A stretch of DNA of 62,168 nt, taken from a bacterium. GTDB lineage: Bacteria; Myxococcota_A; Bradymonadia; UBA7976; UBA1532. Below, piece after piece: positions 56,321-62,168 of this stretch. A program made the position numbers and the translations under genes. The stretch lies in contig JAUHXL010000001.1 in NCBI GenBank assembly GCA_030426945.1, forward strand, positions 1-62,168, read 5' to 3'. How positions within the stretch are numbered: the first letter of the stretch is position 1; each line of letters opens with the position of its first letter. The notes beneath the pieces were generated by a model. The model had not been told where the DNA came from and searched no databases. It saw only the letters and a program-made list of their open reading frames with translations.

Positions 56321-57913
56321 ATGAAGCGCACCCCGCGCCCCCTGTCCGTCGGCGCCGCCCTGCTGGTGGCCCTCGCCGTCCTCGCGGGCTGCGACGACGG
56401 CATCGAACGCAACGAGTCCAACGACATCCTGACCGAGCCCGAGTACAACGAGGTGGCGGACGGCGTGTACATGGCCGAGCTGCGCTACAACCCCAAGCGG
56501 CCAGGCCAGTCCGAGTCGAAGCCCCTGCGCGTGCGCCACGGCGGCATCACGCCCCTGCGCATCCGCGACCTGTACCTCGAGATGCAGGAGACGCCCGGCG
56601 CGAACGAGCCCTGGACCCGCATGGACCAGTGCAGCCGCGTGACCCAGGGGCTGGCGCCGGGTCAGCCCTTCCCGCCCCCCGCCGACACCGCCTGCTGGTT
56701 CGCGATCGACCAGGGACCCGAGCTGCCGCTGGTGCTCGAGGACGACGCCTTCGAGGACTACTCGATCGTGTTCAGCCCGCCCGAGGACGGGGAGCCCAAG
56801 CCCTGGCGCGTGGTCATCGAGACCAACGTCATCGAGAAGCCCGTGCTCTACGTGACGCTCGGCGTCGTGGCGACCGCGCCGCGCATCGACGTCAACCCGC
56901 GCACCGTCGCCTTCGAGAGCCCCTCGCAGATGGCCAGCGCCCCCCTCCAGGTGTTCAACCGCGGCACGGGCGTGCTGGTGGTCAGCCGCTTCGAGCTGCT
57001 GCTGCAGACGCCGCCCTACATCGATCCGGCGACGCAGCAGCCGGTGCCGGAGATCAAGGTGGAGCCGCGCGGCGAGTGGTCGGAGGTGCAGGCGAACCGC
57101 TCGCAGGAGTACCTGATCACCTACGATCCGCAGGATCAGGAGGCCGATCACGCCACCCTGCGCATCATCAGCAACGATCCGAACACGCCGTCCTTCGACG
57201 TGACGATCACCAGCGAGCCGGTGTCGAGCAACCTGGTGGTGCAGCCCAACCCGGTGCAGTTCCCCGAGGTGAACCCGGGCGGTCAGGCGCAGCAGTCGCT
57301 CAGCCTGACCAACTCGGGGCTGAAGGATCTCGACATCATCGACATGCGGCTCGAGCAGCCCGGCGAGGAGTACAGCCTCGGCGACCAGCAGCGCAGCTTC
57401 CAGCTGCGGGGCGGGGCCAGCCGCGAGATCATGGTCACCTACCAGCCGCGCAGCGCCGAGGGCAGCAACGCCGAGCTCGTCATCCAGACGCAGAACGCCG
57501 ACAACGTGCCCAGCAACGAGCTGCGGGTGCAGCTGGTGTCGAGCGGGACGCAGGTGGCCGCGCTGCAGCTCGATCGCCTGCAGATCGACTTCAGCGCCGT
57601 CGGCTTCGACGACATGGCGACCGAGCAGATCACCTTGACCAACCCCGGCACCGCGCCGCTCGAGGTCACCCGCCTCGAGATGAGCACCGACGCGGACGTG
57701 GCCAACGGCATCCTGCCCAGCGATCCCGAGTTCACGCTCAGCGCCGGGGGCGGCGCGACGACCATCGAACCGGGCGCCTCGCACACGGTGATGGTGACCT
57801 TCGCGCGTGGCGCCGATGATCGCGCGCGCCACATCGGCGCGGTGGTGATCGAGAGCAACGCCAACAGCAGCCCCGACTCGATCAACCTGGTCGCGAACCC
57901 GCCCGCCGAGTGA
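56321..57913 (+). CDS. lipoprotein P4: about four Ig-like repeats
   Basis: The lipobox is VLAGC. Example repeats are VQFPEVNPGGQAQQSLSLTNSGLKDLDI and IDFSAVGFDDMATEQITLTNPGTAPLEV. Confidence 0.78.
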   Translation: MKRTPRPLSVGAALLVALAVLAGCDDGIERNESNDILTEPEYNEVADGVYMAELRYNPKRPGQSESKPLRVRHGGITPLRIRDLYLEMQETPGANEPWTRMDQCSRVTQGLAPGQPFPPPADTACWFAIDQGPELPLVLEDDAFEDYSIVFSPPEDGEPKPWRVVIETNVIEKPVLYVTLGVVATAPRIDVNPRTVAFESPSQMASAPLQVFNRGTGVLVVSRFELLLQTPPYIDPATQQPVPEIKVEPRGEWSEVQANRSQEYLITYDPQDQEADHATLRIISNDPNTPSFDVTITSEPVSSNLVVQPNPVQFPEVNPGGQAQQSLSLTNSGLKDLDIIDMRLEQPGEEYSLGDQQRSFQLRGGASREIMVTYQPRSAEGSNAELVIQTQNADNVPSNELRVQLVSSGTQVAALQLDRLQIDFSAVGFDDMATEQITLTNPGTAPLEVTRLEMSTDADVANGILPSDPEFTLSAGGGATTIEPGASHTVMVTFARGADDRARHIGAVVIESNANSSPDSINLVANPPAE

Positions 57914-58443
57914 CGATGCCCGGTCGCGCGGAGCTGTCGGCCCTGCACGCCAAGGTCGCCGCCTTCGAGGGCGTGGTCGAGGCCGGGCAGTCGACCTTCC
58001 TGCAGTGCCGGCGGGGCTGTGACGGCTGCTGCCGCACCGCCCGGTCGGCCTGGGCCGTCGAGATCGATCACCTGCGCACCTACCTGGACACGCTGCCGCC
58101 CGACCGCCTGGCTGCCCTGCGCGCGCGCCGCGGCACGCCCGCCGTGGTGGCGGGCGAGCGCTGCGTCTTCCTCGACGACGACGGCGGCTGCGCCGCGTAC
58201 GCCGCGCGCCCGATCATCTGCCGCACCCACGGGCCCGCGGTGCGCACCCCCGACGACACCCTGAGCTGGTGCGGCCTGAACTTCGTCGGGCTGGGGCCCG
58301 AGGCGGTGGCCGCGGCGGTGCCGGCCGCGTCGATCATCAACCTCGCGCTGCTCGACTCGATGCTGGCCTTGATCAACGCGCGCTACGTCGCGCACGCCGG
58401 GGGCGAGGCGCGCGCGCCGCTGACCGCCGCGCTGCAGGGCTGA
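57910..58443 (+). CDS. YkgJ-family Cys-cluster (CxxCxxCC) protein
   Basis: CRRGCDGCC is followed by a second cluster, CVFLDDDGGCAAYAARPIICRTHG. The GTG at 57910 overlaps the P4 stop; an alternative ATG lies at 57916. Confidence 0.75.
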   Translation: MTMPGRAELSALHAKVAAFEGVVEAGQSTFLQCRRGCDGCCRTARSAWAVEIDHLRTYLDTLPPDRLAALRARRGTPAVVAGERCVFLDDDGGCAAYAARPIICRTHGPAVRTPDDTLSWCGLNFVGLGPEAVAAAVPAASIINLALLDSMLALINARYVAHAGGEARAPLTAALQG

Positions 58444-58444
58444 C

Positions 58445-60223
58445 GTGCCGCAGGTCTTTCAGGGCCGCCTGCAGCGCCAACCGCCGCGCGATCCGGCGCG
58501 GTTGGTGCGGGCCACCGAGGCGCTGTTCGAGCCGATCACGCACCGACGTCGCCTGGACGCCTGGATCACCTGGGACGGCCCCGCAGCCCTGCGCCGCGCG
58601 GCGGCGCTGCTGCCCGAGGGCTTCGACGGCTTCTTCGTCGACCTCACCGCCCGCGCGGATCCGGCCTTGCTGCCGACCTACCTGGGCTGGCTCGAGGCGC
58701 TGCGCGGTGGCCGCCTCGCGCTGCAATGCCTGGAGCCGGGGCGGTCGAACGAGGTCGCGTTGGATCTGCGCGGCCGGCCGCCCCTGCGGCTGGACGATCC
58801 GCGGCTCCGGGTGCTCGATCCGCGCCCCGGACGCCAGCTGCGCTACACCGAGCTGAGCGACGGCGCCGCCGCGCCCCGCGCCCGCCGGACCCTGGCCGCC
58901 GCCCGGGTGGCCGCGGCCTACGCGTCGCTGGGACTGCCGGCGGCCTTCGACGACTGGGCGCACGAGGTGGCGGGGGCGGCCCTCGAGGACGCGCCGCTCC
59001 CCCCCCCGGCCCAGCTCGCGCCCGCCCCCTGGGGGGGTCCCGCGCCCGCCGGACCCCCGGACGCGGCGGTGGGGCTGCGCCTCGAGGACGGGACGCCCTT
59101 CGCGCTGCAGCTGACCGCCGCCTCGCCCGCGAAGGCGCTCGCGTCGGTCTTCGCGCACTGGCTGGGCTGGCTGGAGCAGCTGGACGTCGTGCGGGTGCGC
59201 TGCACGGGCGCGCTGCCCGAGCTCGAGGCGCTGCTCGACATCCTGGACGTGGAGGATCACCCCGATCGGCCCCGCGACGCCTTCGGGGTGGCGACCGCCG
59301 GGCTCGACGAGGGGCTGCCGGCCTCGACGGCGATCAGCCTGCTGAGCGACGGCACGCTGGCGGATCAACTGCAGGACTGGAGCTTGCGCTGGTCCGACCT
59401 GCGCTTCCGCCTGCAGGGCGCCCTCGACGCGCCCGACGCGCCGAGCGAGAGCGCCTACGTGGTGCGCAGCGAGCGCGGTCAGGTGTTCGACACGCTGACG
59501 GTCAGCCTGCCCATCGACGATCCGGACGACGGCGCGCTGCGCAACGCGCGCCGTCAGCTGGCGGTGACGCTGGGTTCGGAGATCGGCCAGGCCTCGCTCT
59601 GGCAGCTCGAGGGTCAGCCCCTCGACACGCCGGCCGGGCGCGCCTGCGCCGAGCTGTGCGCGCGGCTCGAGGCGGCCAAGGACACGGCGCGGGCCGAGGG
59701 CGGCGCGGTCGGATCCCCTCCCCGCCGCGCCCCCGCGGCCCTGCGCTGGCTGCGCGGCGTCTTCCGCGGGCGCAACGCGCGCCCGGGCGTCGATCTGGTC
59801 GCCCTGATGCAGGCGGCGATGAGCGGGGTGCTGGCGGGCTTCCGCCACGACCGCGCGGCGCACGTGACCGATCGGTACTTCATCGAGTTCGTCCGCCGCA
59901 CGCCGCATGGCTTCCACTCGATTCAGCTTCAACGCCTGCACGCGCCGCCCGGGCACACGGTGAACGTCGGGGTGAGCCGGGTGCGCGCGCTCATGGGCGA
60001 TCTGCAGCCGGCCGTGGGCCGCGCGGTGCCCGGGTTGGCCTTCCCGCTGGGCGCGCTGGTGCCGGAGCGGGCCGAGCTGGCCTGGCGGTACGGCAGCCCG
60101 GCCGAGGCCCGCGCGGCGGTGGCCGACACGGTGGCGGTGCTGGCCGCCCGGGCGGCGCCCTTCTTCGAGCGGGCCGAGCGGGTGCTGGCAGAGACGAAGG
60201 ACGAACCGCGGGGGGCGGCATGA
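58445..60223 (+). CDS. hypothetical protein (592 aa), no recognised domain
   Basis: The plus frame has consistently high GC3, whereas the antisense 527-aa ORF is Arg/Gly/Ala shadow. The gene starts 2 nt after the YkgJ stop. Its stop overlaps the next gene's ATG as ATGA. Confidence 0.6.
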   Translation: MPQVFQGRLQRQPPRDPARLVRATEALFEPITHRRRLDAWITWDGPAALRRAAALLPEGFDGFFVDLTARADPALLPTYLGWLEALRGGRLALQCLEPGRSNEVALDLRGRPPLRLDDPRLRVLDPRPGRQLRYTELSDGAAAPRARRTLAAARVAAAYASLGLPAAFDDWAHEVAGAALEDAPLPPPAQLAPAPWGGPAPAGPPDAAVGLRLEDGTPFALQLTAASPAKALASVFAHWLGWLEQLDVVRVRCTGALPELEALLDILDVEDHPDRPRDAFGVATAGLDEGLPASTAISLLSDGTLADQLQDWSLRWSDLRFRLQGALDAPDAPSESAYVVRSERGQVFDTLTVSLPIDDPDDGALRNARRQLAVTLGSEIGQASLWQLEGQPLDTPAGRACAELCARLEAAKDTARAEGGAVGSPPRRAPAALRWLRGVFRGRNARPGVDLVALMQAAMSGVLAGFRHDRAAHVTDRYFIEFVRRTPHGFHSIQLQRLHAPPGHTVNVGVSRVRALMGDLQPAVGRAVPGLAFPLGALVPERAELAWRYGSPAEARAAVADTVAVLAARAAPFFERAERVLAETKDEPRGAA

Positions 60224-61485
60224 CGAGGATGACGGGCCGAGCGCTGGCCTGGGCGGCGATGATCGTGACGCTCGCGGCGTGCGACGACGGCGGCGACGCG
60301 ACCGACAGCGACGCGGGCGCGGGCGCGACCGATGGCGCGATGGTGGCGCCCGACGGGGGCGCCCCGGTCGACGCGGGGCCGCTGGGCGACGGCGGCGCGC
60401 CGCCCCCCCTCACGCTGACCGCCGTGGCCGGCGATCTGACCTTCTCCGACCTGCGCACGGACGGGAACGGCCACCTGTACAGCGCGCTGGCCGACGGCTC
60501 GCAGCCGCGGCGCATCACCGGGCAGCCGGGGTACTGGACGCATCACGCCGTGGGGCCGGATCCGCGGTATGTCGTGGCGGTGCGCAACGTCGACGCGGAC
60601 GGCGACGGGCGCTCGGATCCCGACGGGCCGGGCGAGGTGTGGATCCTCGACGTGAAGGAGCGTCGGGAGTACCCCATCTCGCCGGAGGGCTGTGACGCGG
60701 GCATCGGCGGCGTGGGCTGGCAGACGGCGCTGACGGTGCTGTTCGCGATGGACTGCGGCGACGGTCCGGCGGCGGCCTATCTGGCGGGGCGCGACGAGCG
60801 CAGCCGCGATCGCGCGCAGCTGCTGAAGGTGTCGAACCACGCCGCGCCCGTGCGCGACGTGTTCCCGGCGGTGGGCACGCCGCTGTTCACCTATGTGGTG
60901 GACGTCGAGGCCTGCGCCGGCGCGCGCTGCGTGGTCAAACCCCAGGTGTGGGTCGGCGACACCGAGGCGGGCCTCGCCTGCCAGGTGACCGACGGCGATC
61001 TCGACTTCACGGACGTGACGACGATCACCGGCGGCGGGCGGCGCGTGGGCGATCACACCCCCTCCTTCACCGGGGATCTGTCCGCGGTGGTGTTCAGCCG
61101 CAACGTGGGTGACAAGCCGGCCGGTCCGACGGGCCACCACGACCTGTTCAGCATCCAGATCGACCAGCGGGCCTTGTTCCGCGGCGACTCGACGTGCGCC
61201 GTGGCCGGATCGCTGACGGATCGCACGGCGAGCCTCAGCGGCGAGCGCTACCCGACGGCCGACGGCGGTGAGGCGGTGGGCGACGAGCGCTTCCCGCAGG
61301 GCAACGCGGGCCGCGCGCCCGCGACGGCGCAGCTGTTCACCGCGCAGACGCACGCGGGCGAAGGCACCAGCGCGGTGTATTGGGAGGACGCCGCGGGCAA
61401 CCGCGTGGCGGTCACCTCGCCCACCGGGCGCGCGGGGTACGGCCGGTGGATCGTCACCGAGTACGTGCTGGGTGGGGAGCGCTGA
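60220..61485 (+). CDS. lipoprotein, possibly a beta-propeller (TolB/PD40-like)
   Basis: The ATG at 60220 is in an ATGA overlap. The signal and lipobox read ALAWAAMIVTLAAC. The pattern ..DG..L.....DGS.PRRIT.. recurs and suggests PD40-type blades. Confidence 0.65.
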   Translation: MTRMTGRALAWAAMIVTLAACDDGGDATDSDAGAGATDGAMVAPDGGAPVDAGPLGDGGAPPPLTLTAVAGDLTFSDLRTDGNGHLYSALADGSQPRRITGQPGYWTHHAVGPDPRYVVAVRNVDADGDGRSDPDGPGEVWILDVKERREYPISPEGCDAGIGGVGWQTALTVLFAMDCGDGPAAAYLAGRDERSRDRAQLLKVSNHAAPVRDVFPAVGTPLFTYVVDVEACAGARCVVKPQVWVGDTEAGLACQVTDGDLDFTDVTTITGGGRRVGDHTPSFTGDLSAVVFSRNVGDKPAGPTGHHDLFSIQIDQRALFRGDSTCAVAGSLTDRTASLSGERYPTADGGEAVGDERFPQGNAGRAPATAQLFTAQTHAGEGTSAVYWEDAAGNRVAVTSPTGRAGYGRWIVTEYVLGGER

Positions 61486-61503
61486 CGGTCGGGCGACCAA
61501 GCT

Positions 61504-62168
61504 TCAGAGCGACGCCGGGCGCTCCATCGCGCGGAAGAACAGGTGGACGCGCTCGAGGTGGTAGTCCCCGGCGCTGCCGGCCGCGTCGTTGTTGTAGATG
61601 AACAGCCGGAGGGTGCGCACCTCGCCCGCCTCGGTAGGCGGCGGCAGCAGAGGCGTCAGGTTCCAGCTCTCGCGGCGCCTGCCGCCGTCGTCGCCGCGCG
61701 GCGGGGCGTAGCGGCCGGCGAGCGGGGTGTCGCCGACGACCATCGTGATGAAGCAGGCCCCGCCGCCCGCCCCCGGCCCGTGGGTGACCTCGAGCTCGGC
61801 CTCGCGCGCGGTGGGCGGCAGGGTGAACACGACCTCGAGGCCTGCGCCCGGCGGGAACGCGAAGGCGCCCTCGATGGGCCGCGCTTCGCCCTGGATGCGC
61901 GTCTGCGCCGCCTCGGACGCGCGCACGCGGCCGGCGTCGAGCTCGACGAGCAGGGCCTGGTGCTCACCGATGCGCAGGGGCGGCGCCTCGAGCACGACGC
62001 CCTCACCGCCCTGCCGCGTCTGACAGCGGCGCGCGTCCTGGTCACAGCGGTCGAGGCACTGGCGGGCGTCGGCGAGCTGCTCGCAGCGCTCGCGGCAGCG
62101 CGCGCGCTCGGTCTCGCAGGCGCCGGTGTAGAAGCCCAGGCCCGGTGAGCCAGCGCAGCCCGCGATCC
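61504..62168 (-). CDS. Cys-rich lipoprotein, 5' end beyond the window
   Basis: The minus-strand frame stays open upstream of the listed GTG to the window edge. It reads ..IAGCAGSPGLGFYTGACETERARCRERCEQLADARQCLDRCDQDARRCQ.., with a lipobox-like IAGC at the edge. The stop is at 61504. Confidence 0.6.
   Translation of the reverse strand, partial: IAGCAGSPGLGFYTGACETERARCRERCEQLADARQCLDRCDQDARRCQTRQGGEGVVLEAPPLRIGEHQALLVELDAGRVRASEAAQTRIQGEARPIEGAFAFPPGAGLEVVFTLPPTAREAELEVTHGPGAGGGACFITMVVGDTPLAGRYAPPRGDDGGRRRESWNLTPLLPPPTEAGEVRTLRLFIYNNDAAGSAGDYHLERVHLFFRAMERPASL

Noticed and set aside
50368-56472. A 2034-aa minus-strand ORF, the longest in the window.
   Set aside because: It lies antisense to three plus-strand lipoprotein genes that have Shine-Dalgarno sites, lipoboxes and repeated domains. 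Its translation is Arg/Gly/Ala/Val-rich low complexity, as expected for a shadow frame in GC3-skewed DNA.

Overview
This is a very GC-rich bacterial chromosome segment with strongly GC3-skewed codons, so long antisense shadow ORFs are common. The gene content looks Myxococcota-like or delta-proteobacterial. I cannot assign the organism from sequence alone.

Layout:
(1) 1-3.9 kb holds lipid or polyketide-type genes: a KS-like gene truncated at the window edge, fabG, and a FadH-like dienoyl-CoA reductase. A structured spacer, a small acidic protein and rpoZ follow.
(2) 5.3-29.9 kb holds a large flagellar core cluster, almost entirely on the minus strand. Its order is flgB-flgC-fliE-fliF-fliG-fliH-fliI-(FlbB/YlxF-like)-fliK-flgD-(flagellar operon protein)-flgE, then fliL-fliM-fliN, then (AMIN-fliO)-fliP-fliQ-fliR-flhB-flhA-flhF-flhG-fliA. 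fliJ is displaced to the far end on the plus strand.
(3) Five sigma54-type promoters with GG-N10-GC spacing partition the cluster.
(4) 30.0-34.9 kb, directly upstream of flgB, is an operon encoding a receiver-less sigma54 activator, a GGDEF cyclase and a large TPR protein.
(5) dapF and a stand-alone L3 (rplC-like) gene follow.
(6) 37.0-48.4 kb holds a compact Glt/Nfs-like gliding or envelope-machine operon. It encodes a VWA lipoprotein, an OM beta-barrel, and GltC-, GltD-, GltE-, GltF- and GltJ/G-like proteins.
(7) 48.7-61.5 kb, divergent from that operon, holds four paralogous lipoproteins built from Ig-like (choice-of-anchor-D/ASH-type) repeats. A YkgJ-type Cys-cluster protein, an unknown 592-aa protein and a propeller-like lipoprotein follow.
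(8) A Cys-rich lipoprotein gene runs off the right edge.

I saw no rRNA, tRNA, CRISPR array or mobile element.

The points most worth follow-up:
- a flagellar cluster and a gliding-type machine lie side by side;
- FliO is unusually large and fused to an AMIN-like domain;
- the sigma54/c-di-GMP/TPR module sits at the head of the flagellar cluster;
- a structured 680-nt untranslated gap lies between flgE and fliL;
- the four-gene lipoprotein array has no known function.
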